64,000 nucleotides of DNA from Candidatus Heimdallarchaeota archaeon (GCA_019057375.1 DXJF01000011.1:1-64000); one strand, 5' to 3'; shown: positions 47,516-57,160, counted from the first letter of the stretch. Notes: generated by a model not told the origin, from the letters alone. Program-made: numbers and translations.

Positions 47516-49090
47516 ATGGATGAGATAATTTCCTCGGACTTGCATGGGAGACTAGGTAAAATCTCTTTACCGAAAGGAGATGTAATTACTCCCACTCTTC
47601 TACCTGTCATAGACCCAAGAAAAAATTTAATCTCTGCACAAGAGATGAAGAAAAAATTTGATTTCAATTTTGTAATAACTAGTGCATATTTGTATTATAA
47701 AAGGTATGGAATGCCAAATGATTCAAAAACTATTCATGAAACATTGGGTTTTGATGGCAATATTATGATGGATAGCGGAGCATACCAAGTTCTTGTTTAT
47801 GGTGATGTAGACATAGATCCAATTCAATCTCTTCAAATACAATCCAATCTAAAAACTGATGTTGGTGTCATTTTAGATGTACCTACTTCTCCAGTAGACA
47901 CATTCACACAAGCCAAGCAGAAAGTCGAAGAAACCGTTAGAAGAATTGGTATATCTCTGGCTCATATAGAAGAACATCCCGAAACTATTTGGACTCTTCC
48001 TATACAAGGAGGAAAAAATACCAAGTTGATTGAATATTACTTGAATGAATTGAAACAAAAGGAATATTTGTCTCATTTTAAATTTCATGCACTTGGAAGT
48101 GTTGCACCTATTATGTCACAGTATGATTTTCTATCATTATTTTCTATGATTAAAAAGTCCAGAGAATTGCTTCCACACAATATTCCTTTCCATTTGTTTG
48201 GAGCTGGTCACCCAATGATCTTTCCATTTGTTGTTGCATTAGGAAGTGACACATTTGACAGTGCAGCTTATATTTTGTACGCAAAAGAGAATCGATATAT
48301 GACAAATACAGGAACATATCATTTGCACGAATTATATGAACTACCATGTAACTGTGAAATTTGCTCAAACTGGACTCCAAAAGAGCTCTTAGATACTGAT
48401 GAGGATACTAGAATAAGAAATATAGCTTTACATAATCTTTATGTCTCTCATGCTGAACTGAAAAGAATTAGAGTCAGTCTAAAGGATGGGAACTTATGGG
48501 AATTGTTAGTTAGAAGATCTAAAGCTCATCCGTCTCTCTATAAAGCATTCAAGCATCTAGCAAATGGTTCTGATATTGGATATCTTGAATATGGCACACC
48601 AATCACAAAACAAACTGGTCTTAAAATTTCTGGGGAAGACTCATTTTATCGTCCTGAATATTCTAAAGGCAGAAAACGGATATATGCTAGATACACTCCC
48701 AATAATTCCAAAATAATCTTTCTTATCTCCTCTGGAAGAAACAATCCTGTAGAATTATTAAACCTTAGAAGTGAATTAGAGGACCTAATAAAATCAAAAA
48801 CAGACGAAATGGATTTCGCTTTTCTTATACCTTTCTTCGGTCTTTTACCATTAGAATTAATTGAAACTTACCCATTCAGTCAATATGTTTTTTCGGCAGT
48901 TCTTTCTGAAGGTTTATTAGAAAATCTAAAACCCGAGATAGAGAAATTCTTAGAAATATTCCAATATAAAGAAATTGTACTATGTCCTCTGGATACTTGG
49001 GAAAACTCAGAAATTCTAATCAAACATATCAAAGAAATACTGATAAGGAAGAACACTTCGTTCAAAGAAAAGAATTTTCGCGAGTTATGA
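47516..49090 (+). CDS. tgtA: Archaeosine tRNA-guanine transglycosylase
   Basis: TPTLLPV, DSGAYQ, LDVPT, PIQGG, HLFGAGHP, DSAAY, zinc site CNCEIC...H; no C-terminal PUA domain evident. Confidence 0.92.
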   Translation: MDEIISSDLHGRLGKISLPKGDVITPTLLPVIDPRKNLISAQEMKKKFDFNFVITSAYLYYKRYGMPNDSKTIHETLGFDGNIMMDSGAYQVLVYGDVDIDPIQSLQIQSNLKTDVGVILDVPTSPVDTFTQAKQKVEETVRRIGISLAHIEEHPETIWTLPIQGGKNTKLIEYYLNELKQKEYLSHFKFHALGSVAPIMSQYDFLSLFSMIKKSRELLPHNIPFHLFGAGHPMIFPFVVALGSDTFDSAAYILYAKENRYMTNTGTYHLHELYELPCNCEICSNWTPKELLDTDEDTRIRNIALHNLYVSHAELKRIRVSLKDGNLWELLVRRSKAHPSLYKAFKHLANGSDIGYLEYGTPITKQTGLKISGEDSFYRPEYSKGRKRIYARYTPNNSKIIFLISSGRNNPVELLNLRSELEDLIKSKTDEMDFAFLIPFFGLLPLELIETYPFSQYVFSAVLSEGLLENLKPEIEKFLEIFQYKEIVLCPLDTWENSEILIKHIKEILIRKNTSFKEKNFREL

Positions 49091-49127
49091 ACACAACTAA
49101 AGACTAATTGACTTTTTATAGTATATT

Positions 49128-50084
49128 TTGGATATTTTTATGATGAATAGTGCTAAAAGTCAGGACTTGAATGACCCTCCTCAACCTGGAAAGACTATTA
49201 CTCACTTAGAAGGAGAGATACTTTCCGTTAAAATAAGTAAATGGGGCACACATGGTAAATTAAGCACAAAATTCGGAACCTATGATTATAAATTAAAAGA
49301 TTCCAGCTCTTTAGCAAACAATGTATTAGTTGGGTTAAAATTAACAATAAATAACGGGTATTGTTTTAAGAACAAACAAGATGAATTAGTAGTATCTGAT
49401 GGTAAATTCGGTGATATAAAAACAGAGATAGATATGGATCAATTTTACAGTTTTACTGAAAAAGACATTATCATTACAGGAAAAATTACAATGATTGATC
49501 AACAAGATGAGATATCTATTCTCAAACTAGAATTATTATTTCCTCCACATAAATATCAAGAAATCAGAATTTCCTCTAATGTTAGTAATTTTGATATCAA
49601 TTCAATAAAAATTCAAGACTTAACTGCTGGAAAAATAATAAAGATAAAAGGGGTAGGTTCATATAAAGAACTGGAAATTGAAGATATAGAACTTTTACCA
49701 AAGAATCACTTCCTAAACATGGTTGCTGAAATTGAAAGTGGTAATCTCGAAACATTTACAGCATTTAATCATATAATCCTTAATCAAATACAGCATGTGA
49801 AAAATTTTCATGATTCGTTCAAAAATATTCTCATAAATATGGGGAAAGAAGTTTCTAAGTCGTTGCTCACTGAACTAAAAGAGGTTTTACAGAATAAGAT
49901 TTTTGATGGAAATGTTAAATTTCCATATAATACACTCATTCCACATGCTGACATTGGAGATTATTTTAGCTCAATGCTTACGTTTCTTCGCAATATAATC
50001 AACAGTGATGAAGCTTCAAGCAACCCGGAAGATCTGGTTACTATTCTGAAGTTTTATTATCCTGAATATTCTTGTAAAACATAA
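49128..50084 (+). CDS. Hypothetical protein, probable tandem OB folds
   Basis: The segment GLKLTINNGY...LVVSDGKFGDIK resembles the SSB/RPA OB-fold end; a second beta-rich repeat follows. Confidence 0.5.
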   Translation: MDIFMMNSAKSQDLNDPPQPGKTITHLEGEILSVKISKWGTHGKLSTKFGTYDYKLKDSSSLANNVLVGLKLTINNGYCFKNKQDELVVSDGKFGDIKTEIDMDQFYSFTEKDIIITGKITMIDQQDEISILKLELLFPPHKYQEIRISSNVSNFDINSIKIQDLTAGKIIKIKGVGSYKELEIEDIELLPKNHFLNMVAEIESGNLETFTAFNHIILNQIQHVKNFHDSFKNILINMGKEVSKSLLTELKEVLQNKIFDGNVKFPYNTLIPHADIGDYFSSMLTFLRNIINSDEASSNPEDLVTILKFYYPEYSCKT

Positions 50085-50130
50085 TTAGTAATAAAGAAAA
50101 CTACTATTTTTGAAATTGAAAGATAAAAGA

Positions 50131-50445
50131 TTATTTTCTTTCAATTGCTATTTCAATATGAACATCTTCAGGTACATGGATTCTCATTAGCAATCTCATG
50201 CTCTTTTCTTCTGCATCCATGTCAATAATTCTTTTGTGAAGTTTCATCTCTAGATGATCAAATGTAGCAGTACCATTACCACAAGGAGACTTTCTAACAG
50301 GTAATACTATTCTTTTGGAAGGTAAAGGAATTGGTCCCTTAATACGTACTCCTGTTCTCTCAGCAATCTTTCCAATTTGATTGCAGATTTTTTGTAATGA
50401 TTGCGGGTCATTGCTGATTAATTTGATTCTAGCTCTTTGAGCCAT
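50131..50445 (-). CDS. rpsJ: 30S ribosomal protein uS10
   Basis: GPIPLP, RKSPCGNG..TFDHLEMKLHKRIID. Confidence 0.97.
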   Translation of the reverse strand: MAQRARIKLISNDPQSLQKICNQIGKIAERTGVRIKGPIPLPSKRIVLPVRKSPCGNGTATFDHLEMKLHKRIIDMDAEEKSMRLLMRIHVPEDVHIEIAIERK

Positions 50446-50550
50446 TGTTTCACCTTTTGTTAAAAAGTTTAGGTGGTTTTAAGAAGATTTCGTTTTTAGT
50501 AAGAAAATAAAAAAGAAAATTGTGAGAGGTTCAATCCTCTATGAATCTAC

Positions 50551-50949
50551 CTAAACACGATGTTCAAGTGTGTTTTCCAAGCGTTGAATCCTTTCCTCTA
50601 AGGTTTCAATTCTTTTAACAATTTGAATCAATGTCTCTTCAATAGCTGACATTTCTGAACTTGTAGTATGTTGAGAAACAGTTGCAGCTGTCGCAGCTAC
50701 TTCTTTTAGTAATATCTCTGCTTCTGAAGTAATTTCTTTTGTAATTTGGTCAATTATAAAATCATTCAAGTAGAGATTTACTTCAGATACAACAGCTTTG
50801 ATATTTTCAAGAACACCAATTTCGCTGAGTTCTTTGACTATTACCTCTGATTCAACAATTCCATCTAGTTTTATCTGGATATACCACTGACCTTTAACGT
50901 TTGTTAAAGCAATAGCATATCTTGTTCCAGGAACTTTAGTTTCATACAT
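50551..50949 (-). CDS. Hypothetical protein with C-terminal coiled coil
   Basis: 132-aa ORF with heptad end IETLEERIQRLENTL. Confidence 0.7.
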   Translation of the reverse strand: MYETKVPGTRYAIALTNVKGQWYIQIKLDGIVESEVIVKELSEIGVLENIKAVVSEVNLYLNDFIIDQITKEITSEAEILLKEVAATAATVSQHTTSSEMSAIEETLIQIVKRIETLEERIQRLENTLEHRV

Positions 50950-51085
50950 CTGTTTAACCTCGTAAATGCAGATATTTTTATTTGATATACAAACTATATC
51001 TTTTAAATTTAAAACATTAACGGAAGTAGAATTTTGATTACTTAAGATAAATCTTTAAACCTACAAGCGTATAACACACTCGAAT

Positions 51086-53071
51086 ATGAGTTCATACGTC
51101 AAGAAAGTGTCCTCTTCAATGGGTAACAAACAAAATATTAGAAATGTTAGTGTAGTTAGCCATGTAGATCATGGGAAAACTACTCTTTCGGATCATTTGC
51201 TTCAAGCAGGAGGTTTAATATCTAAAACAATGGCTGGAAGTGCTAGAGCTTTAGATTATCTAGAAGAGGAACAAAAAAGAGGCATTACTATAAAAACAGC
51301 AAATATCTCATTTATTTTTGAACAAGAAAATGAACCTTATTTAGTAAACTTAGTAGATACTCCTGGGCACGTAGATTTCTCAGGAATGGTTTCACAAGCA
51401 TTGAGATTGGTTGACGGAGTGATAATTGTTGTTGATGCTGTTGAACAGATAATGGCTCAAACTGAATCAGTAATTAGACAATCAATGAAAGAATATCTAA
51501 GACCAATTCTTTTCATAAATAAAGTTGACAGGTTGGTAAATGAACTTAAATTACCAAAAGAGGAAATCGAAACAAGGATCAACAACATCATTGAAATGGT
51601 AAACGAACTTATTGACCAATATAGCATTAATTCTGACAACAAAGAGTGGAAAGTAAGATTTGATAAAGGTACAGTAATCATAGGATCGGCATTGAATGGT
51701 TGGGCTATCTCATCCTACTCCAAAATGATTCCGCATTTTGATATGATTATTAAACATCATAAAGAAGATAATGTTGAGCAACTAAGAAGCAATTTTCCAA
51801 TTATGGATGCTTTCCTAACATCAATAATAGAAAATGTTCCTAGTCCTAAAGAAGCTCAATTTAAACGAATTCAATATATTACTCAATTTATGGATGAGGG
51901 CTCAAAAAAAGCAATACAGGAATGCAGTGATGCAGGTCCTTTGATTTCATGCCTTGGGAAGCTGCTTTATGAAGATAATAGGGGTATTATTTCAGTTATA
52001 AGAATATTTTCAGGATCAGTAAAATCAGGTTCTACAATACGAAATCGAAGAACTGGAGAAACAACTAGAATTCAACAGGTTTGTATCTATAAAGGTCAAT
52101 CCTTAGTAACAATTGATTCAGTTGGAGCAGGTAATATCGCGGTTATTATTGGTTTAAAGAATGTACAAATTGGAGATACACTTGTAGTTGAAAGTGAAAA
52201 CCCTCCAAATGTACTTTTTAGTCAAATTTTCTATCTACAAGAATCTGTTATTTCCCAAAGAATAGAGCCAAAAAGAGTTTCAGATATTCCAAAACTACAA
52301 AAGAATCTAGAAATTTTGTCTTTAATTAAACCTAATTTTCATAACTCAACAGATGAAAATACTGGTGAAATGAAAATATATGGGATTGGTGAGCTTCAAC
52401 TTGAAATTATCATTGGAGAGATAGAAAAAACTGGTATAGCTGTTGAAGTTTCAAATCCTGAAGTAACTTTAATAGAGCAAATTGAAGAAGAAGTAAGGCT
52501 ACAAAAGAAAGATTATTTGGATTTGCTCAAAATAGAGTTAACTTGTATGTCTTCACAAGAGGATACTAAGGATTGTATATACAGTGATTACAGAGATAAC
52601 TGTTTGAAAGTAGATACTAAAATTACAACAGAAGAGATTCAAGATTTACTTAGAATTGGTTTTCGAAATGCTATTCTACGTGGTCCCCTGAAAGGATATC
52701 CAGTTCGGAAACTTACTTTAATAATTCATGATATTCAAGAATTATCTCCAGATTCGCTTAGATATGAGATAATTGTTCCATTAGTAAGAAACGCTGTTCA
52801 CGAAGCATTACAAAAGGGGAAAATTGGAATTTTTGAACCAATTTATCGCTTCTCAATAAACACTCCTCTTCATTATCTAGGACCTGTTTTGATTGTTATG
52901 CAGAAATTTGGTAGTACTATTGAAGATACAGAACACATCGCATCAAGATCAACTATAGAAGGTGTAATTAGTGTCGAATCTTCTCTTCAAATAGCTTCGG
53001 AGTTAAGAGCAGCTTCCGATGGTTATGCTTTCTGGCAATTTGAGTTTCTTGGATTCAAAAGAAAAAACTAA
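51086..53071 (+). CDS. Elongation factor 2 paralogue lacking the diphthamide histidine (aEF-2p type)
   Basis: SHVDHGKTT, RGITI, DTPGHVDF and NKVD are present. The domain IV loop reads ELSPDSLRYEIIVP in place of the HEDxIHRGPAQ-type motif. Confidence 0.88.
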   Translation: MSSYVKKVSSSMGNKQNIRNVSVVSHVDHGKTTLSDHLLQAGGLISKTMAGSARALDYLEEEQKRGITIKTANISFIFEQENEPYLVNLVDTPGHVDFSGMVSQALRLVDGVIIVVDAVEQIMAQTESVIRQSMKEYLRPILFINKVDRLVNELKLPKEEIETRINNIIEMVNELIDQYSINSDNKEWKVRFDKGTVIIGSALNGWAISSYSKMIPHFDMIIKHHKEDNVEQLRSNFPIMDAFLTSIIENVPSPKEAQFKRIQYITQFMDEGSKKAIQECSDAGPLISCLGKLLYEDNRGIISVIRIFSGSVKSGSTIRNRRTGETTRIQQVCIYKGQSLVTIDSVGAGNIAVIIGLKNVQIGDTLVVESENPPNVLFSQIFYLQESVISQRIEPKRVSDIPKLQKNLEILSLIKPNFHNSTDENTGEMKIYGIGELQLEIIIGEIEKTGIAVEVSNPEVTLIEQIEEEVRLQKKDYLDLLKIELTCMSSQEDTKDCIYSDYRDNCLKVDTKITTEEIQDLLRIGFRNAILRGPLKGYPVRKLTLIIHDIQELSPDSLRYEIIVPLVRNAVHEALQKGKIGIFEPIYRFSINTPLHYLGPVLIVMQKFGSTIEDTEHIASRSTIEGVISVESSLQIASELRAASDGYAFWQFEFLGFKRKN

Positions 53072-53085
53072 CCATGAAGATTTGA

Positions 53086-53146
53086 TGGCTCAGTACTCAA
53101 GATCCTCAACATCTAGTTCAGTCAAGGGCTAGATTCTTCATTGCCA
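53086..53146 (-). ncRNA. Box C/D guide sRNA; predicted target tRNA-Leu(CAA) C34
   Basis: TGGC-A-ATGAAGA(C)-ATCTAGCCCTTGA-CTGA(D')-ACTAGATGT-TGAGGA(C')-TCTTGAGTA-CTGA(D)-GCCA, with a 4-bp terminal stem; 61 nt in an intergenic gap. Confidence 0.8.
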
Positions 53147-53171
53147 GATAAAGATTAACTATCTTATTCTT

Positions 53172-54485
53172 TTATTTTCCCATTTCAGTAAGTATTCTTT
53201 CAGAGATTTTTGAACATTTTTCTATTATTTTATTTTTGTCTAATGTTTTGTGTTTTCTATTTTCATAAATAAAGTTACCATTTACGAAAAGATCTGTAAC
53301 ATCAGAACTTAATGACGAATATATTACATTTGACAAGGGATCATTCTGTGGCCAAGAATGGCTTCTCTCAAATGATAAAAGTGTGATATCTGCAACAGAA
53401 CCTTTTGATATTCCAGATGAAGGTTCTCCTAAAGCTTTCATCCCTTGTATAGTTCCTACAGTAAGAATTTCGGAGTTTCTTATTACTTTAGGGTCATTTG
53501 CCAAATATTTTTGCAACATTGCAGCTGTTGATATTTCCTCTAGCATTCCTAAATCATTGTTGGAAGCATTTCCATCGGTTCCTATTGCTACATCAATTCC
53601 TGAATCTAGATATTTGTAGATTGGAGCAATTCCAGTTGACATCTTTAAATTAGATTGTGGATTATGAAGTACAGTAAAATCATTTTCCTTCATAATACTC
53701 ATGTCTTGTTCATTTGTGTGAACACAGTGTGCACCTAGAATTTTCAAATCTGTTAATCCAATGCTTTGCACATATTGAATTGGAGACATTTGAAACTGAT
53801 CATTGGCATCTTCTACTTCCTTCCTTGTTTCATTTAGATGGATATGAACTGGAATATTATATTCAGATGCTAAATCTGCTATCTGAAGTAAATATTCTTC
53901 AGGTACAGAATATGGTGCATGAGGACCAATTCCATACTTTACAAGTTGATGCTCACCAGAAGCTTTTCTTCTCACAAGATTGGAAACATGCTTCCAAGTA
54001 TTTTCTAGACTCCCAGATTCTGGAGTATTATCAAAAACAGATGGACAAAGAAGAGCTCTGATATTAGCTTCTTTAGCAGCTTTTTCAATGCTTTCAGCGT
54101 AAAAATACTGATCAATGAATCCACTTATTCCTGATTCAATTAGCTCTAAGCATCCTAGAAGTGCCCCATAATACGCATCTTCTGAACTCATTCTCATTTC
54201 AAATGGCCAAATATAATCATTTAACCAAGTAAGGAGTTTTTCATTATCACATATTCCTCTTAGAAGTGTTTCAGGAAGATGGGTATGTGCATTGATGAAA
54301 GAAGGTATTGCAATATGATTATTGCGTTCAATCTTGTCATGCCCTGAAATTAAGCTTTTAACTTCTGCAGATTTTCCTACAGCGATTATTTCACTGTTTT
54401 CAATTAAAATTGCTCCATTTCTAATCAGTTTATTGCAATCGGGACCAGCGATGATATACTTGAGTTCTAGATAATACTCGTTCAT
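53172..54485 (-). CDS. Amidohydrolase (MTA/SAH deaminase-like)
   Basis: NAHTH, GPHAPY, HIHLNET, AHCVH, HNPQSN, GTDG..SNN, G.VADI. Confidence 0.88.
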   Translation of the reverse strand: MNEYYLELKYIIAGPDCNKLIRNGAILIENSEIIAVGKSAEVKSLISGHDKIERNNHIAIPSFINAHTHLPETLLRGICDNEKLLTWLNDYIWPFEMRMSSEDAYYGALLGCLELIESGISGFIDQYFYAESIEKAAKEANIRALLCPSVFDNTPESGSLENTWKHVSNLVRRKASGEHQLVKYGIGPHAPYSVPEEYLLQIADLASEYNIPVHIHLNETRKEVEDANDQFQMSPIQYVQSIGLTDLKILGAHCVHTNEQDMSIMKENDFTVLHNPQSNLKMSTGIAPIYKYLDSGIDVAIGTDGNASNNDLGMLEEISTAAMLQKYLANDPKVIRNSEILTVGTIQGMKALGEPSSGISKGSVADITLLSFERSHSWPQNDPLSNVIYSSLSSDVTDLFVNGNFIYENRKHKTLDKNKIIEKCSKISERILTEMGK

Positions 54486-54546
54486 TAATAATCAGTTAAA
54501 CTTTCGTTAAACCTAAAAGAAAAATGTTTCCCTTCCCTTGAGCTAT

Positions 54547-55779
54547 TCAAATATCTTCCATTTCGAATATCTTAGTGAGTCGAAACTCTTTTTCTAGAAC
54601 TTCTCTTACTTGTCTGTGAGGAACAGTAAGATGAATTCTCTTTGATCTACCATAACGTCCTTTACTTATTACTTGAGCAGTAACAATTCCTAACATATCT
54701 AACTCATTAATTAGATCACCTACTCGTCTAGCAGTCAATATATCTAGACGAATAAGTTTGCATATCCTAGAATATAGTTCGTAAACATCACCAGTGGTAA
54801 TTTCTTCGGATTTTCCTTCTCCTATAAAAATTGCTTGTAAAACAGCTTTAGTTTGTATCGGTAGAGTGTCAAGTACCTCAATTACTGTGTTCCTTTCAAT
54901 CACTTGTTGTGCTTTTCTAACATGTAATTCTGTAACAGTTTCATCGCCATTCCTCTCCGCCAACTCAGCTGCTACACGAAGTAAATCTAATGATCTTCTT
55001 GCATCTCCATGTTGTTGTGCTCCTACAGCTGAGCAGAGATTAATTACACCAAATTCTAGAACTCCCTTATGAAATGCTATATCAGTTCTTTGTGTAAGGA
55101 TATCTCGAAGTTGTTCAGCAGAATAAGGGGAAAAAACAATTTCTTCTTCACTTAAACTACTTCTAATACGAGGATCAAGAGTTTCTTTGAAGTTCACATC
55201 ATTAGTTATCCCTATAATACTAATCCTAGATGACTCTAAATTACTATTCATGCGTGTTAAAATATACAATGACTCGGAACTTTTACTATATAACATATCC
55301 ACTTCATCTAGAACTGTAACATGAAGTGTGTTGAGTTCATCTAATGCTTCTTTGAATTTCTGATAAACAACATCAAAATGTAAACCTGTAATCGGAACAT
55401 CTATTCCAATATCCTCACATAATTGTGTTAATACTCTATATTTGGTATCAACATGCTGACAATTCATATAACTATATTTAAAAGATAAATTTCTCGTTTC
55501 AGCCCTTTCCCTTAGTTTAGACAGAACTTGTTTTGTTACAGCTGTTTTACCAGTTCCTGTTGTTCCATAAATAAAAACGTTTGAAGGTGCCCCACCTCTT
55601 AAAGAAGGTGCCAAAATTTTTACTAGTTCCTCAAATTTATCGTCTCTATGGGGGAGAACATCTGGTACATGGTTTGGAGTTAATACTTCACGATTACTGA
55701 ATATCTTTGTTTGTGCATCAAGAACTCTATCAAATATTTCATCAATATTGGATTTGTTTTTCTCACCCATTATTGCCAT
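54547..55779 (-). CDS. cdc6: Orc1/Cdc6 replication initiator
   Basis: Walker A GTTGTGKT, Walker B LDEVD, GDARRSLDLLR, winged helix TARRVGDLINELDMLG...SKGRYGR typical of ORB-binding Orc1-1. Confidence 0.96.
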   Translation of the reverse strand: MAIMGEKNKSNIDEIFDRVLDAQTKIFSNREVLTPNHVPDVLPHRDDKFEELVKILAPSLRGGAPSNVFIYGTTGTGKTAVTKQVLSKLRERAETRNLSFKYSYMNCQHVDTKYRVLTQLCEDIGIDVPITGLHFDVVYQKFKEALDELNTLHVTVLDEVDMLYSKSSESLYILTRMNSNLESSRISIIGITNDVNFKETLDPRIRSSLSEEEIVFSPYSAEQLRDILTQRTDIAFHKGVLEFGVINLCSAVGAQQHGDARRSLDLLRVAAELAERNGDETVTELHVRKAQQVIERNTVIEVLDTLPIQTKAVLQAIFIGEGKSEEITTGDVYELYSRICKLIRLDILTARRVGDLINELDMLGIVTAQVISKGRYGRSKRIHLTVPHRQVREVLEKEFRLTKIFEMEDI

Positions 55780-55890
55780 CTCTTAGCTACTATGACTGTA
55801 CTTTTGTGACTATTGTTTAACTTTGTCGATAGATGTTGACTAAAACAATTATCAGATTTATGAATTGAATCAAGAAAAAGCTAAACTATT

Positions 55891-56205
55891 TCATGCTAGC
55901 TTGAATAGAACCTTTGGTCTTCCTCTAGTACTTCGTGGAACTGATTCTTTCGCGATAACTCCATTAGATATCATTTTAGTCAAGTTGTCATATAGGGTTG
56001 AACGTGGAATATGAGTTAATGAAACTAGTTCATTTCTGGTAAGTGGTCCATGATCTCTAAGTAAGTTAATCAAAAGATTCTCTAATTCTATTTCTTGATC
56101 GGTTTCGTCTGAGTAAACATACACACGACGACTACTGATAACAACCCCTTGTATAGGAGATTTTTCCTTTATCTTCTTTGTTAGCATATTTTTGCTCTGC
56201 TGCAT
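55891..56205 (-). CDS. Winged-helix DNA-binding protein (TrmB/ArsR-like)
   Basis: GPLTRNELVSLTHIPRSTLYDNLTKM...RGRPKVLF. Confidence 0.82.
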   Translation of the reverse strand: MQQSKNMLTKKIKEKSPIQGVVISSRRVYVYSDETDQEIELENLLINLLRDHGPLTRNELVSLTHIPRSTLYDNLTKMISNGVIAKESVPRSTRGRPKVLFKLA

Positions 56206-56296
56206 TTTATCACTTTGTCGGATTTTCTACATGGTTAGAGGATTAATGTCGAATAAATAATTCAATATAATCTGGAGAATATCAGAGTAATATCTA

Positions 56297-56683
56297 ATGT
56301 TTTTTTATGATGAAAGTATAAATACATGTCTCAAGATGACAGTTGATAAAATAAGTGATGTTAAAATCAATTTGCAGGATGCCATAAAGGATTTAGATTA
56401 TCAAATACAATCTCTCTCACAACAAGATCCTTTATTTGGTTTCATTAGCTCAAAGTATATCAGATGTGGTAGAGAAAACTGTAGATGTAATAAAAGTCCT
56501 AAATCTCAACACGGACCGTATTTCTATCTGAGACTAGAGCCTGAATATAAGTTCACCAAATATCTTGGTAAAAGAATACCAGATGCAGTTGAAGAAAGAA
56601 TTATTATAGGATCTACAATTAAAGAACTAGAAAGGAAAAGAAAAAAACTGAACTTAACTCTAGAAAAAATTGACAACCTTTAA
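56297..56683 (+). CDS. Small Cys/His protein (DUF6788-like)
   Basis: CGRENCRC...HGPYFYL...YLGK motif between two coiled-coil helices. Confidence 0.65.
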   Translation: MFFYDESINTCLKMTVDKISDVKINLQDAIKDLDYQIQSLSQQDPLFGFISSKYIRCGRENCRCNKSPKSQHGPYFYLRLEPEYKFTKYLGKRIPDAVEERIIIGSTIKELERKRKKLNLTLEKIDNL

Positions 56684-56753
56684 ATCCTATTCATTTGCTT
56701 ATCAGTTACCCACTTAAGCCCTTTTTACGTATTTATTTAAACTTGAAAATAGT

Positions 56754-56806
56754 GTAATACTCAAGTATTACGTTTTCTGATGTTTTTCACAAAATAAATG
56801 TAATAC
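56754..56806. repeat. GTAATAC-N4-GTATTAC palindrome plus an extra half-site
   Basis: Perfect inverted repeat at 56754-56771; GTAATAC recurs at 56800-56806. Confidence 0.6.
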
Positions 56807-57038
56807 GTAATGAATACAATATACACACTAAACACAAGCGCTTCACTTTTGCTGTAAATGGTCTCTAATTTTGTTATTCTTTGATTATGCTGTCTTCATA
56901 GATCATGTGAAACTTGTTATTATACAGTTCACTGTATTTCCAAAACTTTGTGAACAGAGCTTTTCTTACGACAAAAATTCTAATACTGAACATTGTTAAT
57001 CTAAGAAGAATTTTCACTTTTGTGAATGAAAAAAGTAG

Positions 57039-57061
57039 ACCCCTTTATTTCCACTGGAAAA
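57039..57061 (-). promoter_or_regulatory. Origin recognition box (ORB) with G-string
   Basis: Minus strand TTTTCCAGTGGAAATAAAGGGGT matches the archaeal ORB consensus TTCCAGTGGAAAC-AAAGGGG. Confidence 0.88.
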
Positions 57062-57146
57062 CTTCAATATCTTCTGTTTTGAACCGTTCACAAGGTGTGA
57101 ATGCGTTATTAGGCCAAAACAATGATGGAATCCTAACTTTGAAAGA

Positions 57147-57160
57147 TTTTCCAATAGAAC
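57147..57160 (+). promoter_or_regulatory. Mini-ORB (no G-string)
   Basis: TTTTCCAATAGAAC; its first 13 nt are identical to the ORB at 59428. Confidence 0.55.
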
